NCBI GenBank assembly: GCA_963748015.1
Contig: CAVVHE010000004.1
Coordinates: 640,001 to 704,000 of the forward strand
Direction: 5' to 3'
DNA: 64,000 nucleotides
From: Terriglobia bacterium
Lineage (GTDB): Bacteria > Acidobacteriota > Polarisedimenticolia > Polarisedimenticolales > JAIQFR01
Shown: piece by piece, positions 10,257-19,662 of the stretch
Numbering within the stretch: position 1 is the stretch's first letter
Layout: each line of letters opens with the position of its first letter
The notes under the pieces: generated by a model
Database searches by the model: none
The model's input: the letters and a program-made list of their open reading frames with translations, nothing else
Told to the model about the DNA's origin: nothing
Translations under genes and position numbers: made by a program

Positions 10257-10396
10257 GCTGGCGCGGGGGGCCGCCGTGCCTATATTCCCCATCGTGAGGG
10301 ATGCCCTCCGCCCGGAGTGCCGAAGTGTGGCACGAGCGGTCCGGGAGGTAGGTAGAGGGCGATCGGAGACTCTCGAACCGTGCCCCGGACCGGGAC

Positions 10397-10762
10397 ATGG
10401 GGTGCTACTCGATGAGCCGCACGCTGCGCCATGTCGGGTTGATCGTCCTGGCGGCGACGGTCTGGCTGCTTCTGGCCGACGCGTTGGGCTGGGTTCCGGA
10501 CGGGACCTCGGATCCGTGGTTCTGGAAGGGGATCGCGCTCGGCCTCGCCTGCCTGGCGGCGGGACTGGTCTTCCGGCTGTTCGCTCCGCTCTCCCGGGAG
10601 ATGACACGGGACCACTGCATCCACTGCGGGGCCCCGACGGAGCGGGGGCATCTCTATTGCCGGGACCACCTCAAGATGGCCCTGGACGACGCGCGCGACC
10701 GGACGCGGAAATCGCTCCAGGCGAGGGGCGGACCCGAGGGGCCCGGCTTCTCGTCGTCGTAG
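10397..10762 (+). CDS. Small membrane protein with C-terminal CxxC...CxxH zinc-ribbon-like motif
   Basis: Two hydrophobic helices, then HCIHCG...YCRDH; start could be a few codons later. Confidence 0.6.
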   Translation: MGCYSMSRTLRHVGLIVLAATVWLLLADALGWVPDGTSDPWFWKGIALGLACLAAGLVFRLFAPLSREMTRDHCIHCGAPTERGHLYCRDHLKMALDDARDRTRKSLQARGGPEGPGFSSS

Positions 10763-11670
10763 GGCCGACCGGCACCGGCAAATCCGAAACGGCCTTGCTC
10801 CTGGCGGAGCGCCTCGGCGGGGAGATCGTCGGCTGCGACGCGCTCCAGGTCTACACGGGGCTGGACGCGGCCACCGGAAAGCCGTCCCCCGAGCTGAGAC
10901 GCCGTGTGCCGCACCACGTCGTGGACTTCGCGGACCCCCGCCGCGATTTCAACCTGGCGGACTACGTGAGGGCGGCGGAGGAGGCGATCCGCGGGGTGGT
11001 CTCTCGCGGGCGCGTCCCGATCGTGGTCGGCGGAACGGGCATGTACCTCCGGGGACTGTTGCGCGGCGTCGTCGATTCGCCGGCGCGCGACGATGTGCTG
11101 CGCGAGCGGCTCCGGACGATCGCCGCGCGCCGCGGCTCGAGCAGGCTCCACCGCTGGCTGGGCAGGCTCGATCCTTCGTCGTCGGCGAGGATCGCCCCGG
11201 CGGACACCCAGCGGGTCGTCCGCGCGCTCGAGCTGGCCCTCGCGGGGGGCGGGACGTGGAGCGAGCGACTCCTGCGTGAGGGGACCTGGTCCTCGGGGCG
11301 CGAGAGGTACCTCTCGCTCAAGGTGGGCCTCGACATGGACCGCGCGGCTCTCGCGGAACGGCTCTCGGAGCGCGTGGACCGGTTCTTCGACGCCGGCCTC
11401 GTCGCAGAGATTCGTTCGCTGCTCGCGGCCGGGGTCCCCGAGAGCGCGAACGCGCTCAAGGCGATCGGCTACCGGGAGGTTCTCGCCTCGCTGCGGGCGG
11501 GCGAGGACGCGGAGGCCGCTCGCGACGCGGTCAAGACGAGCACGCGGCGCTACGCGAAGCGCCAGCGGACCTGGTTCCGCGGCGAGCCGGGCATCGTCTG
11601 GCTCGATGCCGCCCTGGGGCCGGAGCGTCTTGCGTCATGCATCGCCGCGCTTTGGATCGGCGGTCCGTGA
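10657..11670 (+). CDS. miaA: tRNA dimethylallyltransferase
   Basis: VVVGPTGTGKS, DALQVY, PHHVVD, VGGTGMY, AIGYRE, TRRYAKRQRTWFR; precedes hfq. Start uncertain (nearest in-frame start-like codon is TTG at 10657). Confidence 0.92.
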   Translation: MPGPPQDGPGRRARPDAEIAPGEGRTRGARLLVVVGPTGTGKSETALLLAERLGGEIVGCDALQVYTGLDAATGKPSPELRRRVPHHVVDFADPRRDFNLADYVRAAEEAIRGVVSRGRVPIVVGGTGMYLRGLLRGVVDSPARDDVLRERLRTIAARRGSSRLHRWLGRLDPSSSARIAPADTQRVVRALELALAGGGTWSERLLREGTWSSGRERYLSLKVGLDMDRAALAERLSERVDRFFDAGLVAEIRSLLAAGVPESANALKAIGYREVLASLRAGEDAEAARDAVKTSTRRYAKRQRTWFRGEPGIVWLDAALGPERLASCIAALWIGGP

Positions 11671-11755
11671 CGGCGCGCGGCGCCCGCGCTTCCCGACTCG
11701 AATCGCGTGTTATATACTCGCGTGGAGCCCCGGGAAGATCCCGGCGGAGGGCGCC

Positions 11756-12049
11756 ATGACGGCAGACGAGGCGAACCTTCAGAACGACTTCTTCAACCGC
11801 GCGAGGAAGGAGCACCGGACCGTCACCATCTTCCTCACGAACGGCAAGAGGCTGAACGGCCGGATCAAGTCGTTCGACAAGTTCACGCTGCTGCTCGACG
11901 GGCCCCACGGCGAGCTCATGCTGTTCAAGCACGCGATCTCCACCGTGAGTGTCGGAGGAGACTCGGAAGCCTGGGCCAGCCCCGACGACGAGTCCGCGCA
12001 CCGCGATGCGCAGGGGCGCGGCGACAGGCCGTCCGCCCGCAGCACCTAG
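11756..12049 (+). CDS. hfq: RNA chaperone Hfq
   Basis: NLQNDFFNRARKEHRTVTIFLTNGKRLNGRIKSFDKFTLLL...MLFKHAISTV; canonical miaA-hfq order. Confidence 0.95.
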   Translation: MTADEANLQNDFFNRARKEHRTVTIFLTNGKRLNGRIKSFDKFTLLLDGPHGELMLFKHAISTVSVGGDSEAWASPDDESAHRDAQGRGDRPSARST

Positions 12050-12063
12050 TGTCCTGTCGGGAA

Positions 12064-13512
12064 TCAGCGCCGGAAGAACCCCTTGCGGTCGGCGTCGCCG
12101 TTCGGCGCGACGGGCTGGTTGCCGCTCAGCTCCCGCACGCGGCTGTTGAGGCGCTCTAGCTTCGCCTCGTACTCCTGCCGGACCAGCTGGACCTGGCGTC
12201 CGAGCCGTTCGTTCTCCGCGCGGAGGGCGGCCATTTCTCCCTCGGACGAGGATGTCCCGTGCGACTGCTGGTCGAGGTCGCTCCGGAGGCGCTCGATCTC
12301 GGCGTCGCGGTCGGCCAGCTCCTGGCGATGGCGTTCCTGGACCTCGTCGTAGAGCTTCTTGACTTCCTGGAGCTCGACGATCCTCGAGAAATCGCTCAGC
12401 GGTTCCGCCATGGCCTCTCCTTCGCCGGCCGCCCGGTGCTCCCCGGCGTAGAGGAATTTGCGGAGCATCAGGTCGAGGTCGTTCGGACGGCTGCTCGACG
12501 CCATCGCGGCGTCCTTGTCGACCACGCCGTTGAGAACGAGCGCCGCTAGGGACTGATTCATGGACTGCATGCGGTGGTAGGAGACGGAGTTCTCGATCTC
12601 CTCCTCGAGCGCCTCGAGGTTGCCCTCGAAGATCAGCTTCGAGACCCGCGGGGTCTGCCGGAGGATCTCCACGGCCGCCAGGAGGCCGGAACCGTCCTTC
12701 TTCTCGACCAGCTTCAGGGAGACGACGGCCTGCAACACCATCGCCAGCTGCTGCCGGATCTGCCGGTGGTGTCCCTCCGGGAACATGTCGATGATCCGGT
12801 CGATGGTCTGCGCGCAGCTGTTCGTGTGCAGGGTCGAGAAGATCAGGTGGCCCGTCTCGGCCGCGGTCAGCACCGTCTGCACCGTCGTGAGATCGCGCAT
12901 CTCGCCGACCATCACCACGTCGGGATCCTGGCGGAAGATGTTTCGCAGGGCCTCGGCGAAGGACGGCGTGTCGGTGCCGACCTCGCGCTGGGTCACGGCC
13001 CCGAGGTTGTCCTTGAGCAGGAACTCGATCGGGTCCTCGATGGTGACGACGTGCACGAGGCGGGTGTTCACGACGAGACGGAGGAGCGCCGCCAGGGTGG
13101 ACGACTTGCCCGACCCGGTGGGGCCCGTGAGAAGGACGAGGCCCTGCGTCAACTGGGCGAACTCCGAGAGCACCGACGGGAGCCCCCAGTCGTCGAGCGA
13201 GGGGAAGTCGAACGGCACCCGGCGGAACACCGCGGACAGCGTGCCTCGCTGCTGGTAGACCGAGGCGCGGAAGCGGGACACGCCGGAGAGGCTGTAGCCG
13301 AAGTCGGCCGAGAAGCGCTCCTCGAGGCTCTTCTTCTGGGGGTCCGTGAGGATGCCGACCAGCATCTCGCGGATCAAGTCCGGGTGGAGCGGATCGGTCT
13401 TGAGCGGGAGCAGCTTGTTGTGGACGCGGACGAGGGGAGGCCGCATCGGCTTCAGGTGAAGGTCCGACGCCTCCTGTCTCACCATGAACCGGAGAAGGTC
13501 GTCGATTTTCAT
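12064..13512 (-). CDS. pilT: PilT/PilU-family retraction ATPase with C-terminal coiled-coil extension
   Basis: ASDLHLK, GPTGSGKSST, TIEDPIE, RQDPDVVMVGEMRD, AETGHLIFSTLHT; start at MKIDDLL. Confidence 0.85.
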   Translation of the reverse strand: MKIDDLLRFMVRQEASDLHLKPMRPPLVRVHNKLLPLKTDPLHPDLIREMLVGILTDPQKKSLEERFSADFGYSLSGVSRFRASVYQQRGTLSAVFRRVPFDFPSLDDWGLPSVLSEFAQLTQGLVLLTGPTGSGKSSTLAALLRLVVNTRLVHVVTIEDPIEFLLKDNLGAVTQREVGTDTPSFAEALRNIFRQDPDVVMVGEMRDLTTVQTVLTAAETGHLIFSTLHTNSCAQTIDRIIDMFPEGHHRQIRQQLAMVLQAVVSLKLVEKKDGSGLLAAVEILRQTPRVSKLIFEGNLEALEEEIENSVSYHRMQSMNQSLAALVLNGVVDKDAAMASSSRPNDLDLMLRKFLYAGEHRAAGEGEAMAEPLSDFSRIVELQEVKKLYDEVQERHRQELADRDAEIERLRSDLDQQSHGTSSSEGEMAALRAENERLGRQVQLVRQEYEAKLERLNSRVRELSGNQPVAPNGDADRKGFFRR

Positions 13513-13573
13513 GGGCGCCACGTCGTCCACAAGCTTCCCGGGCGGGACGCTCCCGCCAAGTTGCGACGGGGTG

Positions 13574-13638
13574 AACATAGGTGCCGGGACCGGCCGAGTC
13601 AAACCGGTTTGACGTCCTCCGCGCGTCCGGGCTATAAC
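13574..13638. promoter_or_regulatory. Back-to-back divergent sigma70-like promoters sharing a 16-bp palindrome
   Basis: GTCAAACCGGTTTGAC at 13598-13613. Plus strand TTGACG-N18-TATAAC toward mutS2; minus strand TTGACT-N17-TATGTT toward pilT. Confidence 0.6.
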
Positions 13639-13661
13639 CGTCCGTTCACATTGGAGCCGCC

Positions 13662-16064
13662 TTGGCACGGCCTCTCGACCTCGACCAGGAATCCCGGAAG
13701 GCGCTCGAGTTCGACGCCGTGCTCGAGGCCGTCGCGTCCCACTCGGCGACGGCCGCCGGGCGTGCGCGGATTCTCGCCCTTTCGCCCCGCTTCGACGCCG
13801 ACGGGCTCGAGCGGGAGCACGGGGCCGTGGCGGAGGCCGCCCGTCACCTCGGCGAGCACGGGCGCCTGGTGCAGGGGGGGCTGCCCGATCCCTCGACCGC
13901 CTTGCGGGGGATCGCGGTGGAGGGGCTGAAGATCACCGCGGCGGCCCTGCGCGACCTCGCGGTCGTGCTGGTGGCGTCGGGGGAACTCCGGACCTCGCTG
14001 CTCCGCCTCTCGGCGGGCGACTACCCCCGGCTCCGTGAGGTCGGGACGGCGCTCCCGGATCTGCGCGGCGCCGCGAACGACGTCGTGGGCAACGTGGATT
14101 CCGACGGCCGGATCTCCGACGACGCGAGCGCCGAGCTGAGGCGCATTCGGGTCGCCACCGCGCGCGTCGGCGAGCGGCTTCGCCGGCTGCTCGAGTCGTA
14201 CCTGCACGAGCCCGGCGCCGAGACGGTGATTCGCGACGACTTCATCACGCAGAGGAACGGGCGTTACGTGATCCCCGTGAGGTCCGACGCGCCGCGCGCG
14301 GTGCGGGGGATCGTCCATGCGGCGTCGTCATCCGGCGCCACGCTCTTCGTCGAGCCGATGGAGTCCGTGGATCTCAACAACGACCTGGTGCGCCTCGCCG
14401 AGGACGAGGCGGCCGAGCAGGACCGGGTCGTCGAGAGATGGACCCGGCGCTTCCGCGAGCGGCACGGGGAGGTCCTCGCGGCCGTCCGTGGGCTGACGGA
14501 AGCCGACACGCTGCAGTGCCGCGCGCTCTTCGCCTCGGCCGCCGGGGCGTGCGCGCCGAGGATCGGACCCGGGGCGCCCCTCAAGCTCGTGGACGCCCGC
14601 CACCCGCTGCTCGACCGGCGTCTCCGCCAGCAGGGTGCCCGGTGCGTGCCGATCGGCATCGAGCTCTCTCCCCCCGACCAGGTGCTCGTCCTTTCGGGGC
14701 CGAACGCCGGGGGAAAGACCGTCGCGCTCAAGACCCTCGGACTCGCCGTCCTCATGGCCCATTCGGGTCTGCCGGTCGCGGCACGCGAGGCCAGTCTGCC
14801 TCTCCTGAGGCAGGTGCGCGCGGACATCGGAGACCACCAGTCCATCGACGCGGACCTGTCCACGTTCTCGGCGCACGTCCGCGCGGTGGCGCGCTTCATC
14901 GAGACCCTCGAGTCTCCCGCGCTCCTCCTCTTCGACGAGATCGGCACGGGCACCGAGCCGACGGAGGGGGCGGCTCTCGCTCAGGCGGTGCTCGAGCGGT
15001 TCCTCTCCCCGGGGGTCACCGCGGTCGCGACCACGCACCAGGGGGTCCTCAAGGCCTGGGCCTTCACGACGGAGGGCGCGTCGAGCGCGGCGATGGAGTT
15101 CGACGAGGAGACGCTCCGGCCGACGTTCCGGATCCTGATGGGGGCCGCGGGGGTTTCGGCGGGGGTGGACATCGCGGGGCGCCTCGGGCTCCCGGCGGCG
15201 GTGGTCGAGAGGGCCCGGTCGCTGATCGCCCCCGGCGGCCGGCAAGCCGAGGCGTTCCTGTCGCGCCTTCGGGACCTCGTGGGAGAGCTCGAGGAGCGGC
15301 GCGCGAGCTTGGTGGAAGAGCAGGAGCGGCTCGCCGAGGAGCACCGCCGGCTCGCCTCTCGCGCGGCATCGGACGCCGAGCGGCGGCGGCGCGAGGCGGA
15401 AGAAGCGCTCGAGGAGGCCCTTCGCGAGTTCCGCGAGCAGGGGAAGCGCGAGATCGAGGCCCTACGCGACAAGCGCGAGCGGGCCCGCCTCGAGAAGGAG
15501 CAGGTCAAGGCCGAGACGCGCCTCCGCGCGGACGTTCGTCACCGGGCGAGCCGCTTGACGCCCGCCGCGGAAGTCCGGCCGGAGTCCTCGCAGCCGTTCG
15601 AGCCGCGCGCCGGCGTTCGGGTCCGCGTCCTGTCGCTCGACCGGGAAGGGGAGATCGCCTCGGTGCGGGGGGACAAGGTCGAGGTGCGCATGGGGACGAT
15701 CGGCGTCACCGTGCGGAAGAACGATCTCGCGGCGGCGGGACCGCCGCCGCCCGAGCCTTCGCCCTCGCGTTTCCCGCGCCCCGCCGTAGGCGCAGCACCC
15801 GGTCCGGGACTCACCGACGACGTGCCGGCGGAGCTGGTGATCATCGGCAAGACCGTGGAGGAGGCGACGCCGGAGGTCGACCGCTTCCTCGACCAGGCCT
15901 CGCTCGCGGGCAAGTCCGAGGTCCGCATCGTGCACGGCCACGGCACCGGCCGCCTCCGCGCTGCCGTGCGGCAGTTCCTCCGCGGCCACCCCCACGTCGA
16001 GAGCCACCGTCCCGGCGAGCCCCGCGAAGGCGGGGACGGAGCCACCGTCGTCCGCATTCGCTAG
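13662..16064 (+). CDS. mutS2: Endonuclease MutS2
   Basis: LEFDAVLE, GIVHAASSSGATLFVEP, SGPNAGGKT, DIGDHQSI...LSTFSAH, DEIGTGTEP, Smr domain IVHGHGTGRLR. Confidence 0.95.
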   Translation: MARPLDLDQESRKALEFDAVLEAVASHSATAAGRARILALSPRFDADGLEREHGAVAEAARHLGEHGRLVQGGLPDPSTALRGIAVEGLKITAAALRDLAVVLVASGELRTSLLRLSAGDYPRLREVGTALPDLRGAANDVVGNVDSDGRISDDASAELRRIRVATARVGERLRRLLESYLHEPGAETVIRDDFITQRNGRYVIPVRSDAPRAVRGIVHAASSSGATLFVEPMESVDLNNDLVRLAEDEAAEQDRVVERWTRRFRERHGEVLAAVRGLTEADTLQCRALFASAAGACAPRIGPGAPLKLVDARHPLLDRRLRQQGARCVPIGIELSPPDQVLVLSGPNAGGKTVALKTLGLAVLMAHSGLPVAAREASLPLLRQVRADIGDHQSIDADLSTFSAHVRAVARFIETLESPALLLFDEIGTGTEPTEGAALAQAVLERFLSPGVTAVATTHQGVLKAWAFTTEGASSAAMEFDEETLRPTFRILMGAAGVSAGVDIAGRLGLPAAVVERARSLIAPGGRQAEAFLSRLRDLVGELEERRASLVEEQERLAEEHRRLASRAASDAERRRREAEEALEEALREFREQGKREIEALRDKRERARLEKEQVKAETRLRADVRHRASRLTPAAEVRPESSQPFEPRAGVRVRVLSLDREGEIASVRGDKVEVRMGTIGVTVRKNDLAAAGPPPPEPSPSRFPRPAVGAAPGPGLTDDVPAELVIIGKTVEEATPEVDRFLDQASLAGKSEVRIVHGHGTGRLRAAVRQFLRGHPHVESHRPGEPREGGDGATVVRIR

Positions 16065-16100
16065 CCCGCCACCGGCTGCTTCGTCCCGGGGGAGGCGTGC

Positions 16101-16355
16101 CCTCGCCAGCCCGAGAAAGGGCTGTCTCCGGACACGTCCCGCCCCGGAGCGAAACAACCTCCACGCCTGTGGCCCAGCGCGGGACCCGAGCCCGGAAGCG
16201 TTCCTCGCCGGCCCGGAAAAGGGCCGTGTGGGGTCGCTCCTTTCTGGGGACGAAGCAGCCTCCACGCTCGTGGCCCAGCGCGGGACCCGAGACCGGAAGC
16301 GTTCCTCGCCGGCCCGAAAAAGGGCCGTCTGCGGACGCTTCCGGTCTCGGGTCCC
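16101..16355. repeat. Three degenerate ~101-bp tandem units with a conserved hairpin, plus a perfect 21-bp inverted repeat (REP-like)
   Basis: CCTCGCC-hairpin units start at 16101, 16203 and 16304. GGGACCCGAGACCGGAAGCGT (16282-16302) pairs with 16335-16355. Confidence 0.8.
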
Positions 16356-16411
16356 TTTCAGTCGTTGGCCAGCGAAGAGGAGCGGACTCGCCGCGGACGC
16401 GAACGCTGGAG

Positions 16412-16855
16412 TCAGCGCTCGCCGCGGTCGTCGTCGGCGCCGAAGATCCTGAGCCACTCGGTGATGTCGGTGGGCTTGTCGGGTTTCTCGGAGGAGGAGA
16501 CGCTCGTGAGCTGGGAGCGGAAGGCGTCGCAGCGCTCGACGGTGGCGTCGAGGTAGCGGCACTGGTCGGCGAGGGAGCGGTCGTTGGTCACGACGGTCCA
16601 GCCGCGAGGGTCGTCTTCGCCCCGGAGGAGGTCGAGGATGACGTCGTCGGCGCGCCGGCCCTGGCCCGAGAAGAGAACGTCCTGGCCGAGATGGAGGCCC
16701 GGCGGCGCAACACCGTCGAAGACGACGACGATGCGGCGGCGGCGCGCGCGGGCGAGAGCGGCGATCTCGCGGGCGAGGGTGCGCCGCTCGCTGTCGGAGC
16801 GGGAGCGTTCCGGCCAGGAGCCGAGGAGATTGTCGCCGTCGACCACCCGCGGCAT
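16412..16855 (-). CDS. YacP-like NYN domain protein
   Basis: VVDGDNLL, VVVFDG, ADDVI, VVTNDRSL. Confidence 0.82.
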   Translation of the reverse strand: MPRVVDGDNLLGSWPERSRSDSERRTLAREIAALARARRRRIVVVFDGVAPPGLHLGQDVLFSGQGRRADDVILDLLRGEDDPRGWTVVTNDRSLADQCRYLDATVERCDAFRSQLTSVSSSEKPDKPTDITEWLRIFGADDDRGER

Positions 16856-16873
16856 GGGGCGTCTCCGGCCGGG

Positions 16874-18343
16874 TCAGCCTTTGAGGATCGCGCGGAGGGG
16901 GCCGCCCGGCATCGCCTCCTCCGCGGTGACGCCGATCGATGCGAGCAAGGCGGAGGCGTCGGCATGCGTGGGCTCCCAGCGGAGCACCTCGCGGAACATC
17001 CGCGCCGCGTCGGCCTTGCGGCCCGCGCGCTGATAGAGCTGGCCGAGTCCGTAGTAGGCCTTCGCCATGGACGGGTTGATCTCGGCGGCGGCGATGAGAT
17101 GGCGCTCGGCGTCCTCGCGGCGGCGCGGGCTGCGCACGAGCAGGAGGCCGAGCTCCAGGCGGTACTCGGCGACGCCCGGCTCCGCGCGCGCGGCGTTCTC
17201 GAGAAAGACGACCGCTTCGGCGAGGCGCTTGCGCTCCGCGAGCTGGCGGCCGCGTAGGAAGTTCTGGCGCGCGATGTGGGCGGAGTCGGCGGGACGGCCG
17301 GTCTCGGCCTGCGAGGCGGCAGTGGCCTGCGAATCGTACGCGGCGCGCAGCTCGGGGTTGTAGAGCGTGTTGTAGGCCTCGGTGACCAAGGCGAAGAAGG
17401 TCTCGACGCGCTCGCGGAGGTTCTCGAGGTGGCCGGACCGGAAGCGGTCCGGATGGTAGCGCCGGGCGAGCGCGTAATAGGCGTCGCGTACCCGCATCCG
17501 CGAAGCGCCCCGCTCGATGCCGAGGGTCCGGTAGTGGTCGGACTCGCTCGCGAGGGCGAGGCGCGCCTCGACCTCTTCGCGGGTCAGCTCGGACTCGACT
17601 CCCTTCTCGACGCGCGCTCCTGCCTCCGCGCGCTCGTCCGCGGGCCGCAGGATACCCGCGAGCAGCAGCCCGTAGATCGCCCGCAGCGCCGGCTCCTCTC
17701 CCTGCGGACAGGACTTCGCGATCCTGCCGGCGGTCGCGGTGCCATCGGCGCGATCCAGGACGTATCGTCTCGCCGCGTCCGGCTCGAGCGCGGCCGCGGC
17801 GGCGGCCATCTCCGGGGATGCGACGGGTCGGAGGTCGGGCGGACCGATCCGGACCCGCAGTGCATCGAGCGCGGCCGGGTACCTCCGGGCGTGCGACAGG
17901 ATCAGGGGAATCGGCGCGAGTCGGACCGTGATCTCCCCGTCGAGAGCGGGATGGCCGCTGTCGAAAGTGGCCGTGCCGTCCGGCCACTCGAGGCAGGACG
18001 ATAGAAGGGCTTCGACGTGACGCTCCATCGCGCCCCGCAGATCCTCAGCCCGGACCACCCGGCCTTCCTCGAGAACGGCACCGAATTTCGCCTTCCTCCT
18101 GGCCGCCTCCGCAACGATATCGGCGCGGGCCGCGGGAGCGAGAAGGCCGAGCTGCACCAGCACCTCGGGGAATTGTTCCTCGAGCAGGTTGGACGCGGCG
18201 AACGCGAGAAGGCCGCGGTCCAGACAGAACAGGCGCCTCAAGCGTCCGCGGCACGCCGCGAGGATCCCCGATGCGCCCTCGACCTGACCCGCCGCCAGGG
18301 TCTGGGCGATCCGCATTTCGCGGGGGGCGGCGACGCCCTTCAA
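16874..18343 (-). CDS. DUF4388-like / J-domain / TPR protein
   Basis: DHYRTLGI...YYALARRYHPDRF (HPD motif); C-terminal TPR-like helices; N-terminal ASNLLEE...LEWPDGTATF. Confidence 0.75.
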   Translation of the reverse strand: MKGVAAPREMRIAQTLAAGQVEGASGILAACRGRLRRLFCLDRGLLAFAASNLLEEQFPEVLVQLGLLAPAARADIVAEAARRKAKFGAVLEEGRVVRAEDLRGAMERHVEALLSSCLEWPDGTATFDSGHPALDGEITVRLAPIPLILSHARRYPAALDALRVRIGPPDLRPVASPEMAAAAAALEPDAARRYVLDRADGTATAGRIAKSCPQGEEPALRAIYGLLLAGILRPADERAEAGARVEKGVESELTREEVEARLALASESDHYRTLGIERGASRMRVRDAYYALARRYHPDRFRSGHLENLRERVETFFALVTEAYNTLYNPELRAAYDSQATAASQAETGRPADSAHIARQNFLRGRQLAERKRLAEAVVFLENAARAEPGVAEYRLELGLLLVRSPRRREDAERHLIAAAEINPSMAKAYYGLGQLYQRAGRKADAARMFREVLRWEPTHADASALLASIGVTAEEAMPGGPLRAILKG

Positions 18344-19662
18344 GGCTGTTTCTCTCCGCGGAGCTCCTCCGCCCAGTGCCGGCAGAGCTCGTCGTACCCT
18401 TCGCCGTAGACTTCAAGGAGTGCCGCCTCGACGGACGCGCCTGCTCCCATTCGGTCGAGGAGGCCAACGAGCCCGGAGAGGTCCCTCCGCTCCTCGAGAT
18501 AGAGCGTCAGCGAGAGCGCCGCGGGGTAGGAGAGGCTCCCGGACGACGCCCATCGCGCCGGGTCGATTCCCCGAAGGAGGCCCAGGACGCGCTCCCGGTC
18601 GGCGCGCGAGAAGGGGCGGCCTTCCATCCGCTGCGCGAGCCCTTCCTGCAGCCAGCGCGGACAGGTTCCGCGCGTCTTCGAATGGATGACCGCGTGGGTC
18701 AGCTCGTGGACCAGGACCTGCTGCGCCGACGGATCCAGTTTCTTGATGCCGCCGAGGGGAACGCGGATCTTGCCGTCATAGAGGCCGACAACGTTGTCCG
18801 GCGCCTGCGTCACGTCGCGAAACTGCCGGTTGGGGTAGAGGAGTACGGTGATCGGCTGCTGCGGGGCGTGCCTGAACGTGTCCGACAGGTCCCGGACCCG
18901 CGCTTCGAGGTAGTCCCCCACCTGCCGGGCCAGCTCGGGATCGAGCTCGCCGTCGTGGCGCAGATTGAAGTGCGGGGTGGCGGAGAAATCGTAACCGGCG
19001 CCGGCGTGCTGCTCGCGCTCTCCCCGGAGGATTTTGTCCCGGAGCCGGTCGTTGGGGGCGAGCCGGAACGCTTCGCGCCACTCGCGAAGCGCGTCGTTCA
19101 TCTCTTCCGCCCGGTCCTTGAGATCGCCGAGGATCTCGTGCAGGTCGGGGTCGAGGGGATCGCGCACGAGACCGTCGAGAACGGACGAGAGCGCGGACTC
19201 GTCCCGCCCGAGCCGGATCTCGGCCACGGCGAGTCCCGTGCGGGCCTGGTTGAGCGAGGGGTCCTCGCGCAACGCGTCGGCGAAGCGGGCGGAGGCCGTC
19301 TCGTAGTCCTTCGACTCGAGCGCCCTGGCTCCCTCGCGTGCGAGGCGGCGCGCCTCGACCGCGCTCCGCGCCGTGGTCCACGACGGGCCGGCCGCCGACG
19401 AATCGCCGGCGCCGCGTCCCGGAGGGGTTTTCGCCGGCGCACCGTTCCCCGAACCCGGATCGATGCGCACGACGATGGAGCGGGGCAGGCCGACGGTTCC
19501 CCCCGCGCTCTCGTATCGGAGCGTATCCCCCTCGATCCACCAGCGCTCGGCCACGATGACGCCGCCGCTCGCGAGCACGATCGTGTCGGCTCGCGCCGCC
19601 TGGACGGCGAGGAACACGATCGCGGCGGCCGCGAGCGGGATCGAAGCCAAGCGGGAGCTCAT
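18340..19662 (-). CDS. Secreted TPR + peptidase MA-like zinc metalloprotease
   Basis: Signal peptide (ARA/DTIVL), TPR region, GLYDGKIRVP, HELTHAVIH, PRWLQEGLAQ. Confidence 0.82.
   Translation of the reverse strand: MSSRLASIPLAAAAIVFLAVQAARADTIVLASGGVIVAERWWIEGDTLRYESAGGTVGLPRSIVVRIDPGSGNGAPAKTPPGRGAGDSSAAGPSWTTARSAVEARRLAREGARALESKDYETASARFADALREDPSLNQARTGLAVAEIRLGRDESALSSVLDGLVRDPLDPDLHEILGDLKDRAEEMNDALREWREAFRLAPNDRLRDKILRGEREQHAGAGYDFSATPHFNLRHDGELDPELARQVGDYLEARVRDLSDTFRHAPQQPITVLLYPNRQFRDVTQAPDNVVGLYDGKIRVPLGGIKKLDPSAQQVLVHELTHAVIHSKTRGTCPRWLQEGLAQRMEGRPFSRADRERVLGLLRGIDPARWASSGSLSYPAALSLTLYLEERRDLSGLVGLLDRMGAGASVEAALLEVYGEGYDELCRHWAEELRGEKQP

Noticed and set aside
16101..16355. CRISPR array interpretation of the tandem repeats
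   Set aside because: Conserved part is about 70 bp and degenerate, only three units, and no cas genes in the window.
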